64,000 nucleotides of DNA from an uncultured Spirochaetaceae bacterium (GTDB taxonomy: Bacteria > Spirochaetota > Spirochaetia > Sphaerochaetales > Sphaerochaetaceae): contig CALXOH010000006.1 of NCBI GenBank assembly GCA_944389975.1, positions 113,177 through 177,176 on the forward strand, written 5' to 3'. Of this stretch, positions 46,789 to 56,707 are shown one piece after another (the first letter of the stretch is position 1; every line of letters starts with the position of its first letter). A model generated the notes under the pieces. The model saw only the letters and a program-made list of their open reading frames with translations. It was not told the DNA's origin and did no database searches. A program made the translations under genes and the position numbers.

Positions 46789-47833
46789 CCCTGTAGTAGG
46801 CATCGTTGTCGACCTTGGATGTGAAACCGCCATCCCCAGAGCCCTTTTCTTTTCCGGCAAGCCTGAAGAATTCCTTTTTTATCGGTTCCAGAAGCTCATC
46901 GTCGTATATCGACAAAGGAAGTACCGGGATACCCGACGGTTCGTACTTTTCCTTGATCTTTTCATAGCTTACAGGGCTGTTCTCCTCATCCATCTTCGTC
47001 ACGATGATGATGCTTTCCTTTTCCGAAAGCTCCTTGCTGAAAGCTTCGAGTTCCCCTTTGAGTATGTCGAAACTCTCAAGCGCCCTCTCATCGCTTCCGT
47101 CGACAAGGTACGCAAGCCCCTTCGTACGTGAAATGTGCCTGAGGAATTTGATCCCCATCCCCAGTCCCTTGCTCGCGCCTTCGATTATTCCGGGGATATC
47201 TGCAAGGACGACATCCTCGTCATACATCCTCATCACCCCGAGCTGAGGGATCTTGGTGGTGAATGGATAGCCTGCGACCTTGCTTCTGGCGTTCGTCAGA
47301 AGATTCAGAAGGGATGATTTCCCAGCATTCGGAAATCCGACGAATCCGATGTCAGCGATTACCAGCAGTTCTACACCGACGCGCATCGAAACCCCTTCCT
47401 GACCCTTTTGGGCGTACTTGGGAGCCTGACGCACGCTGGATCGGAAGTGCCAGTTTCCAAGCCCCCCCTTTCCACCTTTCAAGAAGACGTACCGTGTCTC
47501 CCCCGTCAGGTCTTTTATCACATCCCCGGTCTCGGGATCCTTCAGCACAGTTCCGGGAGGAACGGGGATTTCGACATCCCGTCCGTTCCTTCCAAAACAC
47601 CTTGCACCCTCTCCGGGGCGTCCGTTCTCGGCTTTGTACGACCTGGTCATCTTCAAATGTCCCAGCGTCCTCAGGTTGTCCCTGACGACGAAAACCACAT
47701 CTCCGCCCTTTCCCCCGTCGCCGCCGTCCGGGCCGCCGTTGGGAACGAACTTCTCGCGGCGGAAGCTGACGGCACCGCTGCCGCCATTGCCGCTTCTTAC
47801 ATCGATATAGGTCTCATCGGAAAAGCCGAACAT
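46778..47833 (-). CDS. obg: GTPase Obg
   Basis: It has the Gly-rich Obg fold (GGPDGGDGGKGGDV) and the G1 motif GFPNAGKSSLL. Confidence 0.95.
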   Translation of the reverse strand: MFGFSDETYIDVRSGNGGSGAVSFRREKFVPNGGPDGGDGGKGGDVVFVVRDNLRTLGHLKMTRSYKAENGRPGEGARCFGRNGRDVEIPVPPGTVLKDPETGDVIKDLTGETRYVFLKGGKGGLGNWHFRSSVRQAPKYAQKGQEGVSMRVGVELLVIADIGFVGFPNAGKSSLLNLLTNARSKVAGYPFTTKIPQLGVMRMYDEDVVLADIPGIIEGASKGLGMGIKFLRHISRTKGLAYLVDGSDERALESFDILKGELEAFSKELSEKESIIIVTKMDEENSPVSYEKIKEKYEPSGIPVLPLSIYDDELLEPIKKEFFRLAGKEKGSGDGGFTSKVDNDAYYRDEA

Positions 47834-47839
47834 GAACTA

Positions 47840-48100
47840 TTACTCTTCTGTCTTCTCTATGATCGTGCAGTACTTGCGGTTGTTCCTGTCGACAAACGCA
47901 ACGTTTCCACTCACGAGGGCGAAGAGGGTGTAATCCTTTCCAAGTCCGCAGTTTGCACCCGGATGGATCTTCGTGCCCCTCTGCCTCACGATTATCTCAC
48001 CAGCCTTTACGAACTGGCCTCCGAAACGCTTTACGCCAAGGCGCTGTGCGTTCGAATCCCTTCCGTTTCTTGAGGAACCACCACCTTTCTTATGTGCCAT
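47840..48100 (-). CDS. rpmA: 50S ribosomal protein L27
   Basis: [24 protein letters not shown]. Confidence 0.97.
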   Translation of the reverse strand: MAHKKGGGSSRNGRDSNAQRLGVKRFGGQFVKAGEIIVRQRGTKIHPGANCGLGKDYTLFALVSGNVAFVDRNNRKYCTIIEKTEE

Positions 48101-48110
48101 ATCTTCCTCC

Positions 48111-48422
48111 TCAACCTTCGATCTTCCCGAATGTCAGTTCGGTATACTTTTCGCGGTGACCCTGTGTGCGCCTGTACCCTTTCCTTCTATGGAACTTGTA
48201 GACCTTCACCTTGTCGCCCTTCACCATCTCTCCGACAGTACCGGTCACCTTTGCTCCCTCGACGTACGGAGTTCCGAACTTTGCGTTCTCTCCGTCGACG
48301 ATGGCAAGTACCTTCTCTGTCTCATAAGAGCTGCCTGCCTCGAGGTTGAGGTGATCGACGAGGATCTTCTCACCTTCGACAGCCTTGTACTGTTTGCCTA
48401 AAATCTCAACTAATGCGTACAT
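48111..48422 (-). CDS. rplU: 50S ribosomal protein L21
   Basis: [20 protein letters not shown]...[15 protein letters not shown]. Confidence 0.97.
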   Translation of the reverse strand: MYALVEILGKQYKAVEGEKILVDHLNLEAGSSYETEKVLAIVDGENAKFGTPYVEGAKVTGTVGEMVKGDKVKVYKFHRRKGYRRTQGHREKYTELTFGKIEG

Positions 48423-48534
48423 CTTATCGATTTCCTTATAAGTTTTCCCAATCTAAATACCCCATCGATCGGAAAAGGAACAGTGGGATGGGATTGAAAT
48501 TGCGAAAAGGAACGAAAAAATATATAAAAACTAC

Positions 48535-48548
48535 CTACCGTTCGGTAG
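48535..48548. promoter_or_regulatory. 14-bp palindrome CTACCG-TT-CGGTAG, candidate TetR operator
   Basis: It has perfect 6-2-6 symmetry and ends 20 nt upstream of the tetR ATG, in the divergent tetR/rplU region. Confidence 0.4.
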
Positions 48549-48568
48549 TTTTATGTTATATTTGAGGA

Positions 48569-49093
48569 ATGAAGACGACGAAAGAGGAGATATTGGCAAA
48601 AGCGATGGAGATGATCGCCCGGGAAGGCCGCGGGGAACTAAGCATGGAGAAACTCGCAGAGAAGGTGGGGATCAGGAAAGCAAGCCTCTACCACCACATC
48701 AGAAGCAGGGAGGATGTGATCGCCGAAAGCTATGCATACCACCACAGGAAGATGATGAAGCACGGATTTTCGATAAACCTCAGGGATGGGAAGGAAAAAG
48801 CACTCATGCTTCTTTACGACAACTGGATGAACATAGCACGGGACGAGAAACTCGAATGCTTCCTGATCGCAATACTCTCCGAGAGGTACTTCTTCCCGGA
48901 GGCAAGGGAGGAACTGAGAGCCCTCGAGTTGATGCTCGAAGGCTCTGTTGGAATAATCGAAGGGGGAAAAAGCGAAGTGACCGATGTCATCAACGCAGTC
49001 TTCTTCTCTTCATTGGAGAAATATCTTCTCACGGGTGAGGACGAGGGAAGGGAGATAGTCTCCTTCCTCTCGACTCACATTATCTCAAGGTAA
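48569..49093 (+). CDS. TetR family transcriptional regulator
   Basis: The N-terminal HTH is ILAKAMEMIAREG...SMEKLAEKVGIRKASLYHHIRSRED. Confidence 0.85.
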   Translation: MKTTKEEILAKAMEMIAREGRGELSMEKLAEKVGIRKASLYHHIRSREDVIAESYAYHHRKMMKHGFSINLRDGKEKALMLLYDNWMNIARDEKLECFLIAILSERYFFPEAREELRALELMLEGSVGIIEGGKSEVTDVINAVFFSSLEKYLLTGEDEGREIVSFLSTHIISR

Positions 49094-50868
49094 GGTATCC
49101 CAAGAAGCGAGAATGCATTCTTCATCACTTGCAATACGACCGAAGAGAGCGCAACGCGCGCATCGGTAAGCTTCTCATCGCCCTTTGAAAGGACCGTGTG
49201 GTCGTGGTAGTAGTGGCTGAAGGTCTTTGCAACTTCGTACAAGAACGATGCGATCAGAGACGGATCGTAGCCATCTGCAGCTTCCTTTACGACCGACGGA
49301 TACGAGTCGACAAGCTTCATGAGGCTCTTCTCGTCATCAAGGGAGAGGAGCATCGAATCAAACACCTCCACGTTCTTCCCGTACTTACGCAATATCGAAG
49401 AGATACGCGCTCCCGTGTACTCCAGGTAGGGTCCTGTGTTCCCGAGGAACGATATCGACTTCTTCGGATCGAAGATCATGTCTTTCTGGGGGGAGACCGA
49501 GAGAAGGTAGTAGTTCAAGGCCCCGAGTGCGATGTCGTGGCTCGTCTTATCCACATCCCCGACGACAGTGGAGCGATCCTTTCCCTCGATTTCGCTTCTT
49601 GCAAGCTCTGAAAGCTCATTTACAAGGTCGTCTGCATCGACGACTGTCCCTTCCCTGCTCTTCATCTTTCCATCGGGTAGGTTCACCATCCCGTATGAAA
49701 GGTGATAAAGCTCATCGGCCCACTTGTATCCAAGCCGTGAGAGTATGTGGAAAAGAACCTTGAAGTGGTAAGCCTGTTCGGATGCAACTACGTAGATGAG
49801 GGAATCGAAAGGCCAGTCCTCGTGCCTTTTGATTGCAGTCCCGAGATCCTGCGTGATGTATATCGTAGTGCCGTCCTTTCTAAGGAGAACCTTCTTGTCC
49901 AATCCGATGTCGGCAAGGTCTATCTGCACGGAGCCATCCTCTGCGCGGAAGAAGATCCCCTTCTCAAGCCCTTTGAGGACCTCGTCCTTTCCATACTTGT
50001 ACGTATCGCTCTCGTAATAGAATTTGTCGAAGGAGACGTTCGTCATCCTGTAAGTCTCCTCAAGACCTTCCATCGTCCAGGCGTTCATCCTCTTCCAAAG
50101 CTTTATTGTCTCCTCGTCCCCGCTTTCCCAGAGCCTGAGAAGTTCCTGGGCCCTCAGATCGGGATGGTTTTTCCCAAGCTCTTCTGCTTCAGCACTCCTA
50201 CCCTCTTTCTTGAGCTCTTCAATCCTTGCGTTCGTCTCTTTCTCCCAGTTTGCAAAGCGCACGTAATACCTGCCGACGAAGTGGTCTCCCTTCTCGCCCG
50301 TTTCTTCCGGAGTCTCCCCGTTTCCGAATTCCTTGTACGCAAGCATGCTCTTGGAGATGTGGATCCCCCTGTTGTTTATCAGGTTCACCTTCATCACTTC
50401 AGCCCCGTTTGCCTTGAGTATGCGGGAAACCGCCTCCCCCAGGCTGTCGTTCCTCATGTGCCCCAAATGGAGAGGTTTGTTTGTGTTCGGGCACGAGAAT
50501 TCGAGCATGACACGCCTGTTTTTCTGGCTATCGTTCTCCCCGTACCTCTCCTTTTCCCTTTCAACGATCGAAAAAAGCTCAGGGAAAGAGTGGCGCATGT
50601 CGATCTTTATATTGAAGTACCCGCCCGCCTGGGAATATTCGCCGTCGGGGTGTTCGTTTGTAGAGAAGTAATCACATAGCTCCTGAGCGATCTTCACAGG
50701 GCTTCTCTTGCCTATCTTTGCATACGGGAATAAAGGGAATGCGATATCCCCTAGTTTTTCCGAAGGGGGAAGGGTACGGGTAGGTTCGTCAACGGATGTA
50801 CCGAGTACGCTCTCCAAAGCCGTCTTCAAAGAGGCTTTCCAATCATCACACATTTTCTCAAAGAACAT
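49075..50868 (-). CDS. argS: Arginyl-tRNA synthetase
   Basis: 597 aa with NTNKPLHLGHMRN (HIGH) and the DALR anticodon-binding C-terminus. Confidence 0.95.
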   Translation of the reverse strand: MFFEKMCDDWKASLKTALESVLGTSVDEPTRTLPPSEKLGDIAFPLFPYAKIGKRSPVKIAQELCDYFSTNEHPDGEYSQAGGYFNIKIDMRHSFPELFSIVEREKERYGENDSQKNRRVMLEFSCPNTNKPLHLGHMRNDSLGEAVSRILKANGAEVMKVNLINNRGIHISKSMLAYKEFGNGETPEETGEKGDHFVGRYYVRFANWEKETNARIEELKKEGRSAEAEELGKNHPDLRAQELLRLWESGDEETIKLWKRMNAWTMEGLEETYRMTNVSFDKFYYESDTYKYGKDEVLKGLEKGIFFRAEDGSVQIDLADIGLDKKVLLRKDGTTIYITQDLGTAIKRHEDWPFDSLIYVVASEQAYHFKVLFHILSRLGYKWADELYHLSYGMVNLPDGKMKSREGTVVDADDLVNELSELARSEIEGKDRSTVVGDVDKTSHDIALGALNYYLLSVSPQKDMIFDPKKSISFLGNTGPYLEYTGARISSILRKYGKNVEVFDSMLLSLDDEKSLMKLVDSYPSVVKEAADGYDPSLIASFLYEVAKTFSHYYHDHTVLSKGDEKLTDARVALSSVVLQVMKNAFSLLGIPYLEIM

Positions 50869-50882
50869 ATGACACCACCATT

Positions 50883-51833
50883 TCAGATTTTCAAAGACAC
50901 TTCCCCGCTGGAGAGGTGCCTGATGCTTCCGTCAGGAAACATTACCACAAGATGAGCATCGTCATCTATCGAAATACACTTGGCCATCCCCAGGTCCTTC
51001 CCGTATGACAACACTCTGACATCCTGGGAAAGTATGAAGCATTTACGCCGGTACTCGTCAAGATAGCTTTTGTTCTGGATTCCGACAATCTCAGAGAGGA
51101 TCATCTTCAGAATCGGAACGTATGGGAACGCCCTGCCGCTCTCGATCATGTAGCTCGTCACTTGATCCCTCAACTCCGGGGGGAACGAGGAAAGCGGCGT
51201 GTTCAGGTTCACCCCGACTCCGATCACCACGCTCTCAAGTCCCCCCATCTCCAAATTCACTATCCCCTCGGAAAGTATTCCCACAGCCTTCTTGCCGCCG
51301 ATATATATGTCGTTGACCCACTTGATCCTGCTCTCGATCCCGCACTCCCTCTCCAACACGCGTGCAACTGCAAGGGATGTTGAGGTGGTTATGTGGTCGG
51401 GGGATGAGAATATCATGTCCTCGGGTAGCGCAAGGGAGAAGTACAGCCCTCCTGCCGGGGATGAGAAAAAGCGCCCCATCCTGCCCTTTCCCCCGCTTTG
51501 CGTCCTTGCAACTACGACAAACGGGGGCTTTACGCCGTCAAGCACGAGTTTCTTTGCAACCGTGTTGCTCGATCCGGACAGTTCGTTATGAAAATATACG
51601 GGGAACAAAGGGGAGATCGCCTCCTCGACCATCTCCCTTGTATACGAAAGGGATGGGGAATACCTGTACCCGACGCCTGTCTTGCTCTCGATGCAGTACC
51701 CTTCGGATGAGAGTGCTTTGACGCTGTTGCTGACGCTCATCCGGGACAAAGAGAGGCGCCTTGCCACCTCTTCCCCGGAGATATAACCATCGCTTTCGCT
51801 TAAAAGTGAAAGAATTACTTTCTTCTTGTCCAT
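50883..51833 (-). CDS. birA: Bifunctional biotin-[acetyl-CoA-carboxylase] ligase / repressor
   Basis: It has an N-terminal wHTH (ISGEEVARRLSLSRMSVSNSVKAL) and the biotin-ligase motif QSGGKGRMGRFF. Confidence 0.85.
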   Translation of the reverse strand: MDKKKVILSLLSESDGYISGEEVARRLSLSRMSVSNSVKALSSEGYCIESKTGVGYRYSPSLSYTREMVEEAISPLFPVYFHNELSGSSNTVAKKLVLDGVKPPFVVVARTQSGGKGRMGRFFSSPAGGLYFSLALPEDMIFSSPDHITTSTSLAVARVLERECGIESRIKWVNDIYIGGKKAVGILSEGIVNLEMGGLESVVIGVGVNLNTPLSSFPPELRDQVTSYMIESGRAFPYVPILKMILSEIVGIQNKSYLDEYRRKCFILSQDVRVLSYGKDLGMAKCISIDDDAHLVVMFPDGSIRHLSSGEVSLKI

Positions 51834-51863
51834 AGATATCAATTATGGCAGGTGGGCAAAGGG

Positions 51864-53090
51864 CTATTCAAGAAGAGCAGAGATGAAGAAGTCATCACCT
51901 CCGAAATTGCCCGATTTGAGCGCAAAAGCCACGCCGTCCGAGTACATCCACGATACGCCGGGAGAAATCTCGCGTCCGATTGAAAATGCGTTCAGCTTCG
52001 ACGCCCTCACCACGGAACCCGAAGTCTCCCCTCCTCCGACTATGAACCTCGTAAAGCCGGACTCAAGGCACTTTACGGTCATCTTTGCAAAAAAACCTTC
52101 AGTTTCCCTTGCCACATCCACACCCGGGAAATTCTTGTCGTTTTCTTCCCTTTCCCGGGGAGTTTTTGATGCGCTTATCAAGAGGGGGAATCTTCCTTCG
52201 ACGCTCTTTGCCTTTTCCAAAAGGGCATTGATGTATTCATCAGGGGATGAAAGGTATTTCTCAAGCGAGAACCTCTCTACCCTATGCGATGCGCTTTCAT
52301 ACACCTCAACTTGCTTCAAAGAGGATGACGAGCACGATCCGACGAACATGATCGCATGCTTTGCGTCCACTTCAACCACCCTCTCTCCATCGCTTTCTGC
52401 TCCTTTTTTTGCAAATAAGCCGGCATATGCTCCCACCAGCGCAGAGCCTCCGGTTGCAAACGGTATGTCTTCAAACTCTTTTGCAATTTCGTTTATATCC
52501 TCGTCGCTTGCCGCATCCAAAACTGCAAAGCCCGTCATCTTGTCGTAGAGTTTCCTCTTTTCCCCGCTACCCGCCTTGATCAGATACACGGGCCTTTCAG
52601 TCTGCCTCTGTAGTATCTCGGGAACGTAGCTGAGCGTCATTGGATTCAGAGGATGGTTCCTCATGTGCGAAGAAGCCAAAGGCACGCCATAGACATAGAG
52701 ACGCCCGTCCTTTACAGTCCGCCCGTTCACCGGAAGGGAGGGAACAACTATAGTACCCCCAAGGTTCAAGCGATCGAGTATCTCATCCCCTATCGGTCCG
52801 ATGTTGCCTTCGTCAGTGCTGTCGAAAGTCGAACAGTACTTGAAATAGACCATGCGGCATTTTGAAAGCGAAATTGCATCCAAAGCATCATCAACGAGCT
52901 TCAACGCGCTTTTTTTCTCCATGCTTCTGATTTGCAGCGCGATAACTATGGAAGAGTCGTCAGGGACACGGGATATATCCTCTTTCCCGGGAATGCCGCT
53001 GAAAAGAATGACATCCATCCCGTTTTTCTTCATGAAGCCTGCGGCATCCAAACCTCCGGTGAAATCATCTGCAATGACTGCTATCTGCAT
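51864..53090 (-). CDS. Four-carbon acid-sugar kinase family protein (DUF1537)
   Basis: MQIAVIADDFTGGLDAAG is the N-terminal signature of the family. The length is 408 aa. Its ATG overlaps the GntR stop by 1 nt (TAATG). Confidence 0.8.
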   Translation of the reverse strand: MQIAVIADDFTGGLDAAGFMKKNGMDVILFSGIPGKEDISRVPDDSSIVIALQIRSMEKKSALKLVDDALDAISLSKCRMVYFKYCSTFDSTDEGNIGPIGDEILDRLNLGGTIVVPSLPVNGRTVKDGRLYVYGVPLASSHMRNHPLNPMTLSYVPEILQRQTERPVYLIKAGSGEKRKLYDKMTGFAVLDAASDEDINEIAKEFEDIPFATGGSALVGAYAGLFAKKGAESDGERVVEVDAKHAIMFVGSCSSSSLKQVEVYESASHRVERFSLEKYLSSPDEYINALLEKAKSVEGRFPLLISASKTPREREENDKNFPGVDVARETEGFFAKMTVKCLESGFTRFIVGGGETSGSVVRASKLNAFSIGREISPGVSWMYSDGVAFALKSGNFGGDDFFISALLE

Positions 53091-53809
53091 TACTCATCCT
53101 CCTTGCTGACTTTGTAAACGTCCAATATGTGTTCTCTCATTATCTTTCCAGCGCTCTTTCCATCGCCCGCTTTCACTGCATCTGCAATGCGCCTGTGATA
53201 CGAGAGTGCCTTCATTATACGCGTCCCGGATCCCCTTTTCCCGCAATCTTCCGAAAGAGATGAGACTACGAGGCTTTTGAACAATGAAAGTATTGCGCAC
53301 ATCGAGTTTTCCAAGAGTGCATTATGTGATGCCTTGGCAATTGCCAGATGAAAGTCGGTATCATGCCGAGCTTCTTCCTCAACATCCCTCGCATCCTCCA
53401 TCTTTTCCAGACACTGGTATATCGACTTGAGGTCTTCCCCGCTTCTACGGAGGGCGGCACACCTTGCAGTCTCTGACTCAAGCATGATCCTGAATTCCAG
53501 CAAGTCCGCATATTCTGCAGACCTGAGCTTTTCGTCAAACGAGGTGCGCCTTTCTATCTCCTCTCTGCCATTTACCTTCGTTCCGCGCTTCGTGCGCGTG
53601 ATGTAGCCATCCGCTTCCAACATCTTGTATGCCTCCCTGAGCGTGCTTCTTCCTACGTTCAGAAGCGAACAGAACTCGACTTCGTTCGGGAAAACATACC
53701 CCGGGGGAAACTCGGATGAAGTTATCGCATCCCTGAGTTTCTCGTAAAGGACGTCTGAATGATTTCTTGCAGACGGGAACTTGAGAGCATCCGGAATCAT
53801 CTGTTTCAT
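53090..53809 (-). CDS. GntR family regulator, FadR/FCD subfamily
   Basis: It has a wHTH (FPNEVEFCSLLNVGRSTLREAYKMLEADGYI) and an all-helical FCD-like C-terminal domain. Confidence 0.9.
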   Translation of the reverse strand: MKQMIPDALKFPSARNHSDVLYEKLRDAITSSEFPPGYVFPNEVEFCSLLNVGRSTLREAYKMLEADGYITRTKRGTKVNGREEIERRTSFDEKLRSAEYADLLEFRIMLESETARCAALRRSGEDLKSIYQCLEKMEDARDVEEEARHDTDFHLAIAKASHNALLENSMCAILSLFKSLVVSSLSEDCGKRGSGTRIMKALSYHRRIADAVKAGDGKSAGKIMREHILDVYKVSKEDE

Positions 53810-53865
53810 AACTCAACCATCATATTCGAAAAACGACAAAGTCTGAACAAGAGAACATAATGCAA

Positions 53866-53893
53866 GACAAGAAAAGAAGGGCAGAACCTGCCC
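53866..53893 (-). terminator. Rho-independent terminator after the 2HCT transporter gene
   Basis: On the minus strand: GGGCAG-GTT-CTGCCC followed by TTCTTTTCTT. Confidence 0.55.
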
Positions 53894-53901
53894 TCCTTCA
53901 C

Positions 53902-55215
53902 TCATAACACCATCGACGCAAGGAACGTCAGCCATACCATGTTTATCGCGCCTCCGATCCTTGAACAGATCGTAAGGAAAGGAAGAAGTTCCATCCTCTT
54001 TGCCGCTGATAGTACCGCCACGTCGCCTGTTCCCCCCATGTCCGCCAGTCCAAGACCTGCCATGATGGCACCCTCGATGAAATAGAAACCGAACGCATAA
54101 CACAAGAAGCCGGAAACTACCGTGGTAATCAACACGCAAAGGATCGAGAAGATCAGGAACGATGGATTTTCAAACAACCCGGTCAATTCGCCGATGTCAA
54201 GGACCCCAAGGGATATCGCACAAAGGGCACACGGCGTCATTATCTTCGACATGAATGAAGTCCATTTCCCCGATGCCTCGCACACGAAAGGAGGAAGCAC
54301 ATCTGTAAGCTTTAAGATGACAGCGATGATGATCATGTACAAGTAGAAGTGCAATCCACCCGGCATGTACTTTGCAATTATCTTTGATGCGATGAAAATA
54401 CCGCATGTGAGTACAAAACCGGTCCTCAGCAAGCTGTACGAAGTGGCATCAGGATCCTTCACCACTTCCTTTTTCTGCTCCTCGGTTATCTTTATCTTCT
54501 CTTCACTTCTCAGAAGACGGCCGTTTGATCCTGCAAACCCCTTGAAGAACATGTTCGGATTCTTTCTTCCGAGGGCGGCAAGAATCGACCCGATGAGTAT
54601 GGTAAGGACGTTTGCCACCATTACAGATGAAGTGAGTACTGTAAGTATGTCCGCTGGATTTTCCCCGGAATAGCCTGCGTATATCTCAGAAAGCGGGACT
54701 GCGGATGCACTTACACCGGAACCGAGGATCGGACCTGCGATGTAAAGCATCGTACGTGTCATGCCATACCCCATCAATGCCCCAACCAGCCCGGAGATAA
54801 GGGTTGCAAACAGTATCGTCAATATCATCGGAATGATGAACCTCGCGCCGGCGTTCACCAATACTTTCTTGTCCATCGCAAGAATCGAGCCTACAAGCAG
54901 TCCGGGAACCAGGAACGAAGTGAAATCATAGCCGCTGAAGAAGTTGTCTGCAATTTCAGATGCGCTCTCAGGGAGTATGCCCGCATATACCAGGACGGCA
55001 GGCACGATGACAGCGAGTATCGTTCCAAGGCCGTAATCAGAGAGAACCGGAACCTGATCACCTATCCACATCATGCCCATTCCCAAGATCAAACAAAGGG
55101 CGAATCCTCCTCCGAGGTTGTCAGGTATGACGCCGAGGATAGTTCCGACAACTACGATAACGAATACAAAAGCGAACACCGGGAAAGGTATACCATTGAC
55201 TTCAAGTCTCTTCAT
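53902..55215 (-). CDS. 2-hydroxycarboxylate transporter family (citrate/malate-type Na+ or H+ symporter)
   Basis: 437-aa polytopic protein. The N-terminus GIPFPVFAFVFVIVVVGTILGVIPDNLGGGFALCLILGMGMMWIGDQVPVL resembles CitS/CimH/MleP. Confidence 0.8.
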   Translation of the reverse strand: MKRLEVNGIPFPVFAFVFVIVVVGTILGVIPDNLGGGFALCLILGMGMMWIGDQVPVLSDYGLGTILAVIVPAVLVYAGILPESASEIADNFFSGYDFTSFLVPGLLVGSILAMDKKVLVNAGARFIIPMILTILFATLISGLVGALMGYGMTRTMLYIAGPILGSGVSASAVPLSEIYAGYSGENPADILTVLTSSVMVANVLTILIGSILAALGRKNPNMFFKGFAGSNGRLLRSEEKIKITEEQKKEVVKDPDATSYSLLRTGFVLTCGIFIASKIIAKYMPGGLHFYLYMIIIAVILKLTDVLPPFVCEASGKWTSFMSKIMTPCALCAISLGVLDIGELTGLFENPSFLIFSILCVLITTVVSGFLCYAFGFYFIEGAIMAGLGLADMGGTGDVAVLSAAKRMELLPFLTICSRIGGAINMVWLTFLASMVL

Positions 55216-55216
55216 C

Positions 55217-56305
55217 CTAAACCTCCTTTTCCCCGATCAAGCGATCGGTAATGCCCAAATCTTCAGCAAATCCATTGCTTTCCTCTACGATCTCCACCGG
55301 GTAGACGATACCTTCAGACAAAGCTTTCTTTCTTGCGTTGTATTCGATCTCCCCCGGTACGAAAATCTCGTCTACACCATCGGCCTTCTTCCCTCCTTTG
55401 ATGAAATCCACTGCATCATCCATTCGCTTTTCAAACGCATCAACATCATCAAAACTATCGATATCGATGACTTGGAAAAGGTATCCGTTGTTCTGTATTT
55501 TCCCGGGCTCTTCATAGAAATCGACGATAGACGGCCCGAATGCCGAGTTGTTCAGAATCGCAGCAAGGCATGCATTCGTGAACGTCAGCCCATAGCCTTT
55601 GTATCCGCCGAATGGAAGGACGGTACCCCAATAGCCTTCTTCTGCATCCGTAGTCGGATTACCGTTCTTGTCCAAAGCCCAGCCTTCCGGAATCGGAGAA
55701 TGCGTTTTCATCGCAACGACGATCTTTCCCCTGGCAACAACGCTCGTCGCCGAGTCCAGTATGACAGTCGGATGTCTTTTGCAGGGAATGGCTATTCCGA
55801 AAGGATTGTTGCCAAGCTGCCTTTCCGTACCGCCCCACGGAGCCATTATGTTTCCGCAGTTTATCGTCCACATCATCCCGATCATCCCCTGGTCTGCAGC
55901 CATTTGAACGTAATACGCGCAAGTTCCGAAATGGTTGGAACCAGTTACGGATACTGTTGATGTCCCATACTCTTTTGCAAGCGAAATCGCCTTCTCCATT
56001 GCAAACTTTCCAGTGACCATACCCATCGAATTTCCGCCATCGATCAGGCATGTCGCCTTCTTTTCCTTGATTATGCGCGAAACTCCCTTCGGATCCGTTC
56101 CACCTTCCCTGAAACGCTTGAGATATATACTGTTGCGCTGGATACCATGGGAATACACTCCCCTTGCATCTGCAGTGACAAGATGATCCGCAACTACCAG
56201 TGCATCCTCTTCCCTCATACCGGCTGCAACGTAAAGATTCTTTTCAAAATCAATTGCATCCTGTACTTTCACTACGACTTTTTCATGAAAAGTGTAATCC
56301 GACAT
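55217..56305 (-). CDS. Ldh_2 family (malate/L-lactate/ureidoglycolate-type) dehydrogenase
   Basis: It has ADARGVYSHGIQR and GSNHFGTCAYY...APWGGTERQLGNNPFGIAIP. The start was trimmed to ATG 56305, after AAAGGAGGGAGAACC. Confidence 0.85.
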   Translation of the reverse strand: MSDYTFHEKVVVKVQDAIDFEKNLYVAAGMREEDALVVADHLVTADARGVYSHGIQRNSIYLKRFREGGTDPKGVSRIIKEKKATCLIDGGNSMGMVTGKFAMEKAISLAKEYGTSTVSVTGSNHFGTCAYYVQMAADQGMIGMMWTINCGNIMAPWGGTERQLGNNPFGIAIPCKRHPTVILDSATSVVARGKIVVAMKTHSPIPEGWALDKNGNPTTDAEEGYWGTVLPFGGYKGYGLTFTNACLAAILNNSAFGPSIVDFYEEPGKIQNNGYLFQVIDIDSFDDVDAFEKRMDDAVDFIKGGKKADGVDEIFVPGEIEYNARKKALSEGIVYPVEIVEESNGFAEDLGITDRLIGEKEV

Positions 56306-56422
56306 GGTTCTCCCTCCTTTGGACATCTGGCTTATATTGTTGTAAGATGTCTGACAAGTATAGATTGAAATGGGATTTCCTCCTTGTCAAGAAAATTCGG
56401 TTCGAATGAATCCGGGCCCATC

Positions 56423-56707
56423 TCAAGACACAGAAAGTGATGCAAAGCCTTTTCTCTCAAAGCAAGGAATGGTATTCCAAGGAGCTACAGTATTATATTG
56501 CCTGCTGATTTTATGCATAACAACGCCTGTTCCAATCTGAAATCCCATGGCGTGAATGCCCTGACCGGGAACGCCGGCAAGATCAGGCCTCCGGAGGAAA
56601 ACCTCTGTGGACGAACGTACGGCAATGCACTCAAGCATCGTTTCCGTGAACGAGGAAAGCACCGGGGAGACTCCCGGGAAGCCCATGAACTTGCCCGGCT
56701 GGTACAG
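56423..56707 (-). pseudogene. Possible internal fragment of a second Ldh_2-family gene (weak call)
   Basis: The open frame reads ...FMGFPGV...ECIAVRSSTEVFLRRPDLAGVPGQGIHAMGF...NTVAPWNTIP. IAVRSS, GQGI.AMGF and VAPW echo VSVTGS, DQGMIGMMW and MAPW of the intact neighbour, with identical 14-aa spacing between the first two blocks. The region is GC-rich, unlike true intergenic DNA in this window. Confidence 0.3.

Noticed and set aside
49075-49093. 3'-end overlaps of convergent genes (tetR/argS by 19 nt; cysE-like/mtaB by 26 nt at 60531-60556) as possible antisense regulation
   Set aside because: Short convergent overlaps are common in compact genomes. Nothing in the sequence points to a specific mechanism.
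55073-55960. Long antisense ORFs: 55073..55960 (+), 49747..50679 (+), 22212..23090 (+), 11182..11838 (+), 15317..15985 (+), 46613..47131 (+)
   Set aside because: Each lies opposite a gene with unambiguous family motifs (2HCT/Ldh_2, argS, the SBP, eda/kdgK, the 2-hydroxyacid dehydrogenase, obg). Each has an unremarkable or low-complexity translation. These are typical shadow ORFs in moderately GC-rich DNA.
56397-56420. tRNA-like T-arm sequence GGTTCGAAT
   Set aside because: There is no matching acceptor stem, anticodon arm or CC closure of the T-stem. I saw no tRNA gene anywhere in the window.
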